64,000 nt of DNA from an uncultured Gammaproteobacteria bacterium (lineage in GTDB: Bacteria; Patescibacteriota; Patescibacteriia; Patescibacteriales; Patescibacteriaceae), in contig CAZJEP010000005.1 of NCBI GenBank assembly GCA_964545125.1, positions 1,447 to 65,446 of the forward strand. The letters are read 5' to 3'. The notes beneath the pieces are model-generated. The model did not search any database. It had not been told where the DNA came from and saw only the letters and a program-made list of their open reading frames with translations. Shown here in pieces: positions 53,536-63,117 of this stretch. Position numbers and translations under genes: made by a program. Position 1 is the first letter of the stretch; every line of letters starts with the position of its first letter.

Positions 53536-54273
53536 TTATCGCCATTTGCGAGCTTCCAAAGATTTGGCATTAAGCCACAAAAACAAACCAATTAAACTGC
53601 CATAATAAATAAAGTCACGACTATCCATAACGCCACGAGCCATACTGGAAAAACGCTGGCCCAATCCAATAAACTGAATCGGCCCGACCAAAAACTTGGG
53701 CAAGCTGACTACTACAAAATTTTCTCCAATAATAAACCAAACAAAACAAACAACCAAGGCCATAATAAAAGCGATGATTTGATTGCGTGTCAAACTGGAA
53801 ACAAACACCCCGATAGCCAAATAAGCTCCGCCCAAAAGGACCGCTCCCAGATAACTGCCGATAACCGGCCCCCAATCCAAAGAACCCAAATTAGCCACGG
53901 TCAAAGGCAAGCTGAAAGTCAAGACTAAAGTAATCATTAAAAATACAAGGGCGCTAAAAAATTTAGCTAAGACCGCTTGCCAATTAGTAATCGGTAAGGT
54001 TAACAAAAATTCTTCCGTGCCCATTTTTTTTTCTTCCGCCCACAGACGCATCGTCAAGGCCGGCGCCAAAAACATAAACAACCATGGCAAAAGATTAAAA
54101 TAAGAACGGAGACTGGCTTGATCCAGCAAAAAGAAAGCTTTAAAAAACAACCAGTTGCCCACAATTAAAAAAGCGCCAATAAAAATATAAGCGATGGGAG
54201 AATTAAAATAAGACAGTAATTCTTTTCTGAAAATAGTGTAAATACTGCGGATGTAGTGGGGATCTCGTTTCAT
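53536..54273 (-). CDS. ABC-2 type transporter permease (GldF-like)
   Basis: Six hydrophobic helices, directly after the ATPase gene. Confidence 0.7.
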   Translation of the reverse strand: MKRDPHYIRSIYTIFRKELLSYFNSPIAYIFIGAFLIVGNWLFFKAFFLLDQASLRSYFNLLPWLFMFLAPALTMRLWAEEKKMGTEEFLLTLPITNWQAVLAKFFSALVFLMITLVLTFSLPLTVANLGSLDWGPVIGSYLGAVLLGGAYLAIGVFVSSLTRNQIIAFIMALVVCFVWFIIGENFVVVSLPKFLVGPIQFIGLGQRFSSMARGVMDSRDFIYYGSLIGLFLWLNAKSLEARKWR

Positions 54274-54274
54274 A

Positions 54275-55207
54275 TTATTGCTTGGTCAATTCTCTAAAAA
54301 TATCTTCCAAATTAACTTCCCTGGTTTTAAATTCCAAAATCGGCCAACCGTGTTTCATTAATACCAAACTAACCGCCTCGCGAATATCTCTGCCGGCCTC
54401 AACTTGTAAATTGTAAACGTTTAAATTATCAGTGGCTTCCGCTTGACTGTCCAAGCCCTTGACGCCATCGAGGTTTTTTAAAATTTCGGTAACTTGAGCT
54501 CGTGGTCCCTTAATATGCAAATGAATATCTTGACCGCCAGTCATTTTGGCCATTAATTCTTGAGGCTGGCCCTCAGCCACGATTTTTCCTTTGTTAATAA
54601 TAATCACTCGGTCGCAGGTAGCTTCCGCCTCGGCTAAAATATGAGTGGAAAACAAAACGGTTTTTTCTTGGCCGATAGTTTTGATGAGTTCTCTGATTTC
54701 TACAATTTGATTAGGATCCAAACCAGTAGTCGGTTCGTCTAAAATTAAAATGTCGGGGTCGTGCATAATCGCTTGCGCCAAACCAACACGCTGGCGAAAG
54801 CCTTTGGAAAGTTCGTCAATATTTTTACCGATAACTTTTTGCAAACCGCATTTTTCCGCCACTTCTCTAAGGCGCGGTAAAATTTTATCTGCTTCCAAAT
54901 CACGCATCTCGGCCACAAATTTCAAATATTCATAAACTCTCATGTCATCATACAGAGGAACGGTCTCCGGCAAGTAACCAATCTGACGGCGAGTTTGTAA
55001 AGAATTTTTTACCGTATCCAAACCATCCACCAGAACTTGGCCTTGGTTGGGATCATAAAATCCGGTGATAACTTTCATGGTGGTGGTTTTGCCGGCGCCA
55101 TTAGGGCCCAAAAAACCCAAAACTTCGCCCTTAGCCACTTTGAAACTAAGACCGTCAACGGCGCGCGTGGCGCCAAAAGTTTTCACCAAATTGGTAATTT
55201 CTATCAT
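54275..55207 (-). CDS. ABC transporter ATP-binding protein
   Basis: GPNGAGKTT (Walker A), LSKGFRQRVGLA (signature) and ILILDEPTTGLD (Walker B). Start trimmed to the ATG at 55207. Confidence 0.9.
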   Translation of the reverse strand: MIEITNLVKTFGATRAVDGLSFKVAKGEVLGFLGPNGAGKTTTMKVITGFYDPNQGQVLVDGLDTVKNSLQTRRQIGYLPETVPLYDDMRVYEYLKFVAEMRDLEADKILPRLREVAEKCGLQKVIGKNIDELSKGFRQRVGLAQAIMHDPDILILDEPTTGLDPNQIVEIRELIKTIGQEKTVLFSTHILAEAEATCDRVIIINKGKIVAEGQPQELMAKMTGGQDIHLHIKGPRAQVTEILKNLDGVKGLDSQAEATDNLNVYNLQVEAGRDIREAVSLVLMKHGWPILEFKTREVNLEDIFRELTKQ

Positions 55208-55360
55208 AAAATTTAATGTCGGCCTTGGATACAACAAGAAACACCCCGAAAAGTGTCCCCTAGACTCTCTTTAAATAAAGAAGTTTTTTATTAATCGCTC
55301 TTTAATAATAACAAAAAAGGCTTAAAATCGTCAAGGAAACATTTTAGAGAGACTCCGAGG

Positions 55361-56482
55361 TTACTGGGTAAATTCATCCAAAACCACTATTTTGTTAAAA
55401 ATATCCTGACCTCGCTTAATGCGCAAACCGATTCTGTTGCCGGGCTGGAAACGCTGAACCGCCGACAACAAAGTATTACTGTCGTTAATTTTAATTTTAT
55501 TTATTTCCAAAATAATATCCCCTTCCTGGAGACCGGCTTTATCGGCCGGAGAACCCGGAACGATGGCTGGCTGGCCCATATCATCTTTAGCGATTAAAGC
55601 TCCAACATTGCTGGTGGCTTGTTTAGCTTCGGCCACATAGGCATCCAACATTACATAACGCACACCTAAACGAGCCCGAATAATTCGTCCAGTTTTGCGC
55701 ACACTCTCAATCACGCTACGAGCGTCATCAATTGGAATAGCAAAACCCAAACCGGTACCACCTTTATCCACGGCTACACTCACACCGACAACTTTGCCCT
55801 CCAAGTTAATCAAGGGACCACCAGAATTACCCTCGTTGATTTCCGCGTCGGTTTGCAGGACATTATCCAAAAGTTCCACTCCGCCATTTGGATTGGTAGC
55901 CGTCAAACTTCGTCCGATACCGCTGACAATTCCCTTGGTCACACTGTTTTCATAACGTCCTAAAGAATTTCCAATAGCCAACACGGTCAAACCAATCGGC
56001 TGATTACCGCTTCCGGCCATTTCTAAATAAGGCAGGTTTTTATCGTCAATTTTCAAAACGGCTAAATCGTGAATCGGGTCGTTGCCGATCAGCTTGGCAT
56101 CATAAGATTTTTTATTGTTGAGCACGACTTTATATCTGACTGTTTCCGGCTTACCGGCAGTGGAAATATGTTTGTTGGTTAAAATCAAACCGTCGGCAGA
56201 AATCAAAAAACCGCTACCGTTGCCCTTAGTCATTTCTTTTTGTTCAACATCGGTCGTGGTCGTAGAACCGAGATTAACATTGACTACGTTTTCTTTGTCA
56301 TAAACTACAATACTCACGACGGCCGGCAAGGCCCTTTTAATGGCGCGCACCGTGGCTTCCTGTTCGTCTAGTTTTAAGTTATCGGCCGTCACTGCCCTGG
56401 GCGAAAATTTATAACCCAAAGCTAAGCCAAAAAATAGACAAATCGCGCTGAGCAAAACTACACCGGTAAATTTCTTTTTCAT
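55361..56482 (-). CDS. htrA: HtrA/DegP-family serine protease with a PDZ domain
   Basis: HDLAVLKI, GNSGGPLINLEGKVVGV and a C-terminal PDZ-like segment. Confidence 0.9.
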   Translation of the reverse strand: MKKKFTGVVLLSAICLFFGLALGYKFSPRAVTADNLKLDEQEATVRAIKRALPAVVSIVVYDKENVVNVNLGSTTTTDVEQKEMTKGNGSGFLISADGLILTNKHISTAGKPETVRYKVVLNNKKSYDAKLIGNDPIHDLAVLKIDDKNLPYLEMAGSGNQPIGLTVLAIGNSLGRYENSVTKGIVSGIGRSLTATNPNGGVELLDNVLQTDAEINEGNSGGPLINLEGKVVGVSVAVDKGGTGLGFAIPIDDARSVIESVRKTGRIIRARLGVRYVMLDAYVAEAKQATSNVGALIAKDDMGQPAIVPGSPADKAGLQEGDIILEINKIKINDSNTLLSAVQRFQPGNRIGLRIKRGQDIFNKIVVLDEFTQ

Positions 56483-56615
56483 ATACTTTTCTTTTTTAAT
56501 AAAATCAATGAAATTTTACCACAAAAAACAAAGTTTTTCAAGCCTAAAAACGGAAAATATTTCATTTCTTTTTAGTTTTTACGCCCATTTTAACTTTTTT
56601 CTTTCATCTTTCTTA

Positions 56616-56647
56616 TAACAAAACCGCCCCAACAAAGGTTGAGACGG
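56616..56647 (-). terminator. intrinsic terminator downstream of the cupin gene
   Basis: Minus strand reads CCGTCTCAAC-CTTT-GTTGGGGCGG followed by TTTTGTTAT. Confidence 0.55.
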
Positions 56648-56662
56648 CCAAGTTATAAAAAA

Positions 56663-57061
56663 TTATTCTGTGGTAGTACCGTTGAATTCGGCTTCGTTGG
56701 CCATCGCCTCTTCTTTAGTGGCGCGCACAATACCGTCCTGATGGTGAGCCGGAGAATAAATGGTATATAGTTTCAAGGCTTCGGTTTCGGACAGGTTAAT
56801 AATATTATGCTCGGCGCCAGCCGGCACAACAATGACCGAACCGTCTTTGATGTCATATTCGTTACCATCAATAATAGCCTTACCCACGCCCGATTCAAAG
56901 CGAAAAAATTGGTCATTATCCGGATGAACCTCCGAACCAATATCCTCTTTCGGTTTTAAGCTCATCAGCACCAACTGGCTATGCTTGCCAGTATACAACA
57001 CTTTACGAAAATTTTCATTGGCCAAAGTGTCTTGTTCAATGTTGGCATTAAATCCTTTCAT
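56663..57061 (-). CDS. cupin domain protein
   Basis: GSEVHPDNDQFFRFESG and VIVVPAGAEHNIIN. Confidence 0.7.
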   Translation of the reverse strand: MKGFNANIEQDTLANENFRKVLYTGKHSQLVLMSLKPKEDIGSEVHPDNDQFFRFESGVGKAIIDGNEYDIKDGSVIVVPAGAEHNIINLSETEALKLYTIYSPAHHQDGIVRATKEEAMANEAEFNGTTTE

Positions 57062-57070
57062 ATATTCTCG

Positions 57071-57125
57071 CCCAGTGAAATACAGCCTTGCTGTAATCCC
57101 GCAGGAGCGGGATTATTTCACGGGG
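57071..57125. repeat. nested GC-rich hairpin element in the divergent intergenic region
   Basis: Inner hairpin taatcccgc-agga-gcgggatta. Outer arms cccagtgaaat / atttcacgggg. Confidence 0.5.
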
Positions 57126-57255
57126 TAAATTAATAATAATATTTCAGTATAACAAAGAATTGATTTTTATACAAAGAATAAAGAACATTAAACCTATTAC
57201 CTATTCCACTCTTTACAAATTATAAAATCTGTGCTTTAATTATACTTTATTAAAC

Positions 57256-57276
57256 CCCTGAAATTTCGTTTCAGGG
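57256..57276 (+). promoter_or_regulatory. hairpin in the putative 5' leader of the DEAD-box helicase gene
   Basis: ccctgaaa-tttcg-tttcaggg. Confidence 0.3.
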
Positions 57277-57370
57277 CAGAACTCGAACTTAGCCTTTGTC
57301 ATTAATTTGCAACTGCTTTAGATCTCGGGTTGCAAACAAGGAACTACCCCAAGAGGCCTTCCTCAAAATT

Positions 57371-58645
57371 ATGACAAATGTCACTCAAGCAGTGGTAGGC
57401 TTTGATCATCTCGGTGTGGAGCCAAAAATGTTGGCTATGCTGGACAAGAAGCAATTCGTTGTCCCCACCCCCATCCAAGTTAAATCCCTGCCTCTCACCT
57501 GCCAAGGCAAGGATATTGTGGGTATTGCCCAAACCGGTACTGGCAAAACCTTGGCTTTTGGTATCCCCTTAATTCAAAGACTGGCTCAAACTACCGGTCA
57601 GGCTTTAATCATCTTGCCGACCCGCGAACTAGCCATTCAAGTTCAAGCCGACCTAAAAGATCTGGCTCGGGGCTATGGTTTGCGCACCGCCCTTTTAATC
57701 GGCGGTGAACCCATGGGCAAACAAATTTTTGCTTTACGCAATAACGCTAAAATTATTATCGCTACCCCGGGACGCTTAATCAATCACCAGGAAAGACGCA
57801 CCGTCAATTTAAACACCATTAAAATTTTGGTTTTAGACGAAGCCGACATGATGTTTGATATGGGCTTTGAACCGCAAATCAGAAAAATTTTAAAAACTTT
57901 GCCGGAGCAAAAACAAACCATGTTGTTCTCCGCCACCATGCCACCGGAAGTGGTGACCATTATCACCAAATATATGACCATGCCGGTGCGCATTGAAGTG
58001 GCTCCGGCTGGCACGCCGGCTGCCAATGTTAACCAAGAAATTGTCGTCTTGAAAGCCGAAGACAAACGCAGTCAACTAGAAAAAACTTTAAAAGACTACC
58101 CTGGCTCAGTGTTGATTTTCGCCCGCACCAAACACGGCGTCAGGGATTTATGCAAATATCTCAAAGCTCTCGGCCACAATAGCGCCGAGATTCATTCCAA
58201 TCGTTCCCTGGCGCAACGTCGTGAATCTTTGGACGGTTTCAAAGCCGGAAAATTCAGAATTCTGGTGGCCACCGATATTGCCGCCCGCGGTTTAGACGTC
58301 AAGGGCATTGAGTTAGTTTTGAATTATGACTTGCCGGAAAATATTGAAGACTATGTTCATCGCATCGGTCGTACCGGTCGCGCCGGTCTAAGTGGCAAAG
58401 CTATTTCCTTTATTACCGCTTCACAAACCAAAAGCATCGGCAAAATTGAAAAACTGACCAACAAAAGTATTCCCTTGACCAAACTGGTAGATTTTGAAAT
58501 TACGCCGGTTAGATCAGGGGCTTCCCGTTTTAGTCGTCAGCGTTCACGTGGCGGTCGCCCCAATCGGTTTGGCCATTCCCGACGCTCAGGATCCCCTTTT
58601 GCTAGTCACCAAGCCAGTCACAGCCGATCCAGATATTCCAGATAA
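57371..58645 (+). CDS. DEAD-box ATP-dependent RNA helicase with an Arg/Ser-rich C-terminal tail
   Basis: AQTGTGKT, VLDEADMM, SAT and HRIGRTGRAG. Start trimmed from a TTG in the track to the ATG at 57371. Confidence 0.9.
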   Translation: MTNVTQAVVGFDHLGVEPKMLAMLDKKQFVVPTPIQVKSLPLTCQGKDIVGIAQTGTGKTLAFGIPLIQRLAQTTGQALIILPTRELAIQVQADLKDLARGYGLRTALLIGGEPMGKQIFALRNNAKIIIATPGRLINHQERRTVNLNTIKILVLDEADMMFDMGFEPQIRKILKTLPEQKQTMLFSATMPPEVVTIITKYMTMPVRIEVAPAGTPAANVNQEIVVLKAEDKRSQLEKTLKDYPGSVLIFARTKHGVRDLCKYLKALGHNSAEIHSNRSLAQRRESLDGFKAGKFRILVATDIAARGLDVKGIELVLNYDLPENIEDYVHRIGRTGRAGLSGKAISFITASQTKSIGKIEKLTNKSIPLTKLVDFEITPVRSGASRFSRQRSRGGRPNRFGHSRRSGSPFASHQASHSRSRYSR

Positions 58646-58670
58646 ATTTTTTGTTAAAAAAATAATAATT

Positions 58671-58699
58671 TTGACTTTATGGTCATTTTGTTGTAACAT
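58671..58699 (+). promoter_or_regulatory. candidate sigma70-type promoter for tRNA-Gln
   Basis: TTGACT, a 17-nt spacer, then TAACAT. Confidence 0.4.
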
Positions 58700-58786
58700 T
58701 TTTTTGTATATTAGCAACGAACAACGGTTGCTGATATCTTTATTTTCCCGCCTTCGTTCTGAGTACAGAACTTCGGCGCGGTACGA

Positions 58787-58857
58787 TCGGGGATCGTCTA
58801 AGGGTAGGACAGCGGCCTTTGAAGCCGTGAATCGGGGTTCGAATCCCTGTCCCCGAG
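58787..58857 (+). tRNA. tRNA-Gln(UUG)
   Basis: Hand-folded, 71 nt. Acceptor TCGGGGA/TCCCCGA (U1-A72), anticodon loop CTTTGAA, T arm CGGGG-TTCGAAT-CCCTG. Confidence 0.85.
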
Positions 58858-58875
58858 CCGCGTAAAATAAAACGA

Positions 58876-58917
58876 AAACCCCGTGGTAGCTTCGCTACTT
58901 TACGGGGTTTTTGTTTT
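58876..58917 (+). terminator. intrinsic terminator after tRNA-Gln
   Basis: aaaccccgt...acggggttt extended hairpin followed by TTGTTTT. Confidence 0.75.
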
Positions 58918-59035
58918 CACACGCGGCGCAGCCAAGTGTAGGTTTTACGTGGCCCCGCGGGACGAGCAAACGAGATAAACTTCGAGGTCTTTTAAATCTG
59001 TGTTATACTTTATAAATAATATCTAGCAACAAGGT

Positions 59036-59962
59036 ATGGTTTTAAATTTTTTTCTCTTAATAATTTCTTTAGTTTTGGTTGTCAAAAGCGCTGATTTGGC
59101 TATTCGTTATTCAACCAAGTTGGCGGAAAGTTTAAATTTGTCAAAATATATCGTCGGCTTTTTAATCGTCGCTGTTATTTCTGTTCTGCCAGAAACCTTC
59201 ATTGCCATAACTTCCGCTGTTGAAAATAATCCATCTTTAGGTTTAGGCGTTTTGTTTGGCTCTAATATTGCCGATCTAACCCTTGTCTTTGCTCTAGTGG
59301 TCTTGATTGCTGGTCATGACTTAAAAATTAAAAGCAAAATAATAAAAAACAGAGGTTTATATATCACCGCTTTATCGGCGCCAATTATTTTCGGACTGAA
59401 CGGCTATTATTCAAGGGTCGAGGGTCTGGCCTTAATTAATATCGGTTGTTTGTTTTATTATCTCGTTTTAAGAAAAAATACTTACAAAATAAAAATTGAG
59501 AAGGAAAAATTCGAAATAAAAAATTTATTATTTTTACTTGCCAGCATGGCCGGACTGCTGCTTGGCGCTAATTTGACAGTCAATTACGGAACAAAACTAG
59601 CCTTATCTTTGCATGCCAGCTCAGTAATTATTGGGATGTTCTTTATCGGTCTGGGGGCAATTATTCCTGAACTATTTTTTTCCATTAAAGCTGCCAAAGG
59701 CCACCAAGACAACTTAGCCATGGGAGACATCCTGGGAACAGTTATTGCTGACAGTACCATTGTTGTCGGCGCCATGGCCTTGATTAAGCCATTTAGTTTT
59801 AATCCTCGAATTATTTATATTTCCGGTTTGGGCATGATTTTAGCCTCATTTTTGCTTTTTCACTTTATGAAATCAGACAAGGCTCTAACCAAAAAAGAAG
59901 TTTTTCGGTTGTTGCTTTTTTATGCAATATTTATTCTAGCTGAAATGCTTATTAACTTTTAA
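59036..59962 (+). CDS. Ca2+/cation antiporter (CaCA, YrbG-like) family membrane protein
   Basis: Two internal alpha-repeat regions (VLPETF...GSNIADLTLV and IIPELF...GDILGTVIADSTIVVG) and about 10 TM helices. Confidence 0.7.
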   Translation: MVLNFFLLIISLVLVVKSADLAIRYSTKLAESLNLSKYIVGFLIVAVISVLPETFIAITSAVENNPSLGLGVLFGSNIADLTLVFALVVLIAGHDLKIKSKIIKNRGLYITALSAPIIFGLNGYYSRVEGLALINIGCLFYYLVLRKNTYKIKIEKEKFEIKNLLFLLASMAGLLLGANLTVNYGTKLALSLHASSVIIGMFFIGLGAIIPELFFSIKAAKGHQDNLAMGDILGTVIADSTIVVGAMALIKPFSFNPRIIYISGLGMILASFLLFHFMKSDKALTKKEVFRLLLFYAIFILAEMLINF

Positions 59963-60848
59963 ATTTACAGCCAGGATAACGGCCAAGATGAGACAAAACG
60001 TCTTTTGAATATTCGGAATAATTGACAAAATAATCAATCTGAGAATAAAGGTATTCCAAGGGATCACCACAATCAAGGTAATGGCCGTCAGAAATTATTT
60101 TAGCCAACAAGCCGATGTCTTCTTTCATTTTCTTAAGAATATCAGTCAGCCATAATTCGCCATTTTTGCCAAACTTGGTTTTATCTAAGGCCTTAAAAAC
60201 TTCCGGTGGCAAAACATAGGCCCCGTGAGTGGCAAAAACTGACGGCTCTTTGCCTAGGGCCGGTTTTTCTATTATTCTAACAATTTCCTTGATTTCTTTT
60301 TCACCGCGCAAGTCCTTTAATTCAGCCATACCGTATCTGTGTCTTTTGCTGGCGTCCTTAATTTCTACGGCCGAAATTACCGGTTGTTGATATTTTTCAA
60401 AAGCCTCTAAACATTGCTGAATTCTTGGTTTTTTCTTAGAAAAAATTACTTCATCCGACCAAACAAAAACAAACGGTTCATGTTCCACCAAGTGCCTAGC
60501 TGCAGCCAAAGCGCCACCATTGCCATAGGGGGGTTTAGTATAAACAAAACTAAACTCGGCCAAATTGGTAATTTTTTTTAAATTAGCCACCTGGGGTTTT
60601 TTCCCTATCTTCAAATAATAATCCTCTAGAACTTCATTAGCCGAAAAAAAGCTTTCAATAGATTGTTTGTGATGAGAAACCACAAAAATAATATTTTCAA
60701 TACCCGAAGCAACCGCCTCTTCAACTACGTGCAAAATAATCGGCTTGTTGCCAAGCGGAAACATTTCCTTGGGTACGCTTTTTGAGCTAGGCAGAAAACG
60801 CGTGCCCCAACCCCCGGCCGGAATAAGAGCTGTTTTTATTTTATTCAT
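59952..60848 (-). CDS. galU: UTP--glucose-1-phosphate uridylyltransferase
   Basis: ALIPAGGWGTRFLPSSKSVPKEMFPL. Confidence 0.9.
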   Translation of the reverse strand: MNKIKTALIPAGGWGTRFLPSSKSVPKEMFPLGNKPIILHVVEEAVASGIENIIFVVSHHKQSIESFFSANEVLEDYYLKIGKKPQVANLKKITNLAEFSFVYTKPPYGNGGALAAARHLVEHEPFVFVWSDEVIFSKKKPRIQQCLEAFEKYQQPVISAVEIKDASKRHRYGMAELKDLRGEKEIKEIVRIIEKPALGKEPSVFATHGAYVLPPEVFKALDKTKFGKNGELWLTDILKKMKEDIGLLAKIISDGHYLDCGDPLEYLYSQIDYFVNYSEYSKDVLSHLGRYPGCKFKS

Positions 60849-60852
60849 AAAA

Positions 60853-61041
60853 TTAAATTAAACCCTTCATGGTTTCAACTATTTTAGCGTGCCTGACCTC
60901 GTCAGCGGCAATTTTTTTTAAAATATTTTGGTCGGCTGGATTGTCAATAAACTTTAACAACCCCATAACCTCTTTTTTCATGCCTATTTCAACTTGGTAA
61001 AGCTGATTAAAATAAGCTAAGTAATCTTTTTTATTAAACAT
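60853..61041 (-). CDS. small helical protein, possibly half of a ferritin-like domain
   Basis: 62 aa, with AADEVRHAKIVE containing an ExxH motif. Confidence 0.35.
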   Translation of the reverse strand: MFNKKDYLAYFNQLYQVEIGMKKEVMGLLKFIDNPADQNILKKIAADEVRHAKIVETMKGLI

Positions 61042-61300
61042 ATTTTTTAAATGACTTTAAATAATTTTTCTCCAGTTTTTTTAACATTTTAATATGATAC
61101 TTTGATTCGCTTTCCAAAATTTTTAAATAACGGATAATTTTCTTTTGTTTTTCGTTGGGCAAACCTGACCAAAATAAAGTTTGTTCTATGTGACTAACAT
61201 ACAACGGCATGGCCAATTCTTCTTTAATTATGGCCTCCTTAATTTTTTGTAAAACCGCAGTGGGATCTAAAGGCTGTTTGTTTTTTTTCATATTAAGCAA
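61034..61300 (-). CDS. small helical protein
   Basis: 88 aa. It overlaps both neighbouring genes by 8 nt, which suggests translational coupling. Confidence 0.35.
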   Translation of the reverse strand: MLNMKKNKQPLDPTAVLQKIKEAIIKEELAMPLYVSHIEQTLFWSGLPNEKQKKIIRYLKILESESKYHIKMLKKLEKNYLKSFKKYV

Positions 61301-62831
61301 ACTTTAAAATGTCATTTTTGATAATCTTTGGTTTTTTGTTCAAAATAAAAATATTCATAAGCAACAACGAATGATACAGACACCAAAACATATTAATACC
61401 AACGGCATAGTAATTTTCCGAAAGACGGAAAAAACCATTAATAACGGCCAGCAGATTAATGGTCAACATTAATGTCCAGGGCCATAGCTGAGCAAAAGAT
61501 AGTTGGCCGGTTTTGCCTTTATCGGTTACTTGGAAAGTAACCCTTTTACCAAATAGGGCTCCGAGGGTTGAACTCATTAGAATTGGGTAGCTCAAAGAAC
61601 CCATAATAACGCCATAAAAAACATCTCTAAGCCGGTAATTTCTTTTTTTCATTGTGGCATAAAAAGTGGTTAATGTCATTATATAATAAGGAACAAAGGT
61701 TCCCAAATACAGATAAGGGCTAGCAAAATAGGACGGAACATTAAACAATAAATATAAAGTCGGGCAAATCATTAAAATAAAAAAGGACCAACCGGCAAAG
61801 TAATAGGTGGCCGATAAAAAATATTCCCAAGTCTGATTAGCTGTTAATTTTAATTCCTTTTTAAAAAATGAGATGAAAATTTGTCGCAATACGCCGACCG
61901 ACCCAGCCGACCAACGAAATTGTTGTTTTAAATAAGCCGGCAAGGTTTCGGGAGCCATGCCAAAAACTCGCACATGATTATAATAGATAGAACGATAACC
62001 AAGCGAATGTATTTTTACCGACGTGGCAAAATCTTCCGTAACTGAATTACCGTCAAAACCGCCAACCTCTTTCAAGGCCTTGGTTCTCATCAAAAAATTG
62101 GTACCACAACAAAACATGGCCTGAGCCGCGCTTTTTGATTCACAAACGCTTTCATAAAAAATAGACTGCTGAAGCGACGCTCCCCGAGCAATCGGACTAA
62201 CGTTCATGTTTGAATACAATTGAGGCGATTGAACAAAAGCAATTTTTTCCGAATACTCGGCCAAGCTGACAAGCTCTAACAAAAATTCCGGCAAAGAATT
62301 TTGGTCAGCGTCAAAAACCGAAAGATATTTACTAGATATTCTTGGCAAATAACTGTTAATAATTTCCGCCTTGCTTTTAGGTTTTACTAACGGTTTAAAA
62401 TATTCTATATCGTATTTTTTAACTAATTTTTTATTAGCTACTAAATATTCATCATCTGACCCATCTAAGAAGACTATTTTTTTGTTATAATAATTTAAAG
62501 ACACCAGCGAGATAAAAGTTAGCTCCAAGATGTCTAGTGGTTCATTTCTGGCGGCCACCAAAATAGTAACGGCCGGTAAATTGTTTTTCGATAATTTCAC
62601 CCGTCGGTGATAATTAATGCCGGCTTTTTCCAACCGAATAGCTCCGGTTATAAAGCCCAGTGAGTGCAAAATAGAATGGCTTTCGGCAAAAAGCAACAAA
62701 ACAGCAAAAATTAAATTAAAAGTGTTATAACCATTGGAAAAAAAGATAAACAACCTAACAACAAAATAGGCAACTAAAAACAGGCAAGAAATCCAAGCTA
62801 CCAATAAAAAATTTTTTTGATTTTTTTTCAT
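61293..62831 (-). CDS. processive family-2 glycosyltransferase (cellulose/chitin-synthase-like)
   Basis: VTILVAARNE, FDADQ, TEDFATS and QQFRWSAGS (QxxRW), flanked by TM helices. Confidence 0.85.
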   Translation of the reverse strand: MKKNQKNFLLVAWISCLFLVAYFVVRLFIFFSNGYNTFNLIFAVLLLFAESHSILHSLGFITGAIRLEKAGINYHRRVKLSKNNLPAVTILVAARNEPLDILELTFISLVSLNYYNKKIVFLDGSDDEYLVANKKLVKKYDIEYFKPLVKPKSKAEIINSYLPRISSKYLSVFDADQNSLPEFLLELVSLAEYSEKIAFVQSPQLYSNMNVSPIARGASLQQSIFYESVCESKSAAQAMFCCGTNFLMRTKALKEVGGFDGNSVTEDFATSVKIHSLGYRSIYYNHVRVFGMAPETLPAYLKQQFRWSAGSVGVLRQIFISFFKKELKLTANQTWEYFLSATYYFAGWSFFILMICPTLYLLFNVPSYFASPYLYLGTFVPYYIMTLTTFYATMKKRNYRLRDVFYGVIMGSLSYPILMSSTLGALFGKRVTFQVTDKGKTGQLSFAQLWPWTLMLTINLLAVINGFFRLSENYYAVGINMFWCLYHSLLLMNIFILNKKPKIIKNDILKFA

Positions 62832-63026
62832 GTCTTAATTTGATGATGTTTGTTTATTATAACATATTTAAAATCAAAATAACTACCGCCGAAACTTGGT
62901 GGCAAATAATTAAGTTGTTTTTTTGTCAGCTTGCACCGAACATGTTTTCATTATATCATACAGAGACAGAGTCCTTCCGGCGCTTAATCTTAGAAATTAA
63001 GACTAATAAAAATCTTAAACAAAATT

Positions 63027-63110
63027 ATGCTTATCATTATAATAGCCCTAGTCATTGTCGCCCTGTTTGGCTTTTTTTGGTTCATCTCAGAAAAAACCGA
63101 CAAAAAATAA
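63027..63110 (+). CDS. possible 27-aa hydrophobic micropeptide
   Basis: MLIIIIALVIVALFGFFWFISEKTDKK, ending 7 nt before the MFS gene start. Weak support. Confidence 0.2.
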   Translation: MLIIIIALVIVALFGFFWFISEKTDKK

Positions 63111-63117
63111 AAAACTT

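Noticed and set aside
58494-58865. 123-aa plus-strand ORF
   Set aside because: It begins out of frame within the 3' end of the DEAD-box gene and runs through the promoter region and the entire tRNA-Gln gene. It is spurious.
60853-61300. Calling the two small ORFs a split ferritin/rubrerythrin-like protein
   Set aside because: Only one ExxH motif is clear (AADEVRHAK) and the other ORF has ExxxH spacing. The evidence is insufficient, so they are left as small helical proteins.
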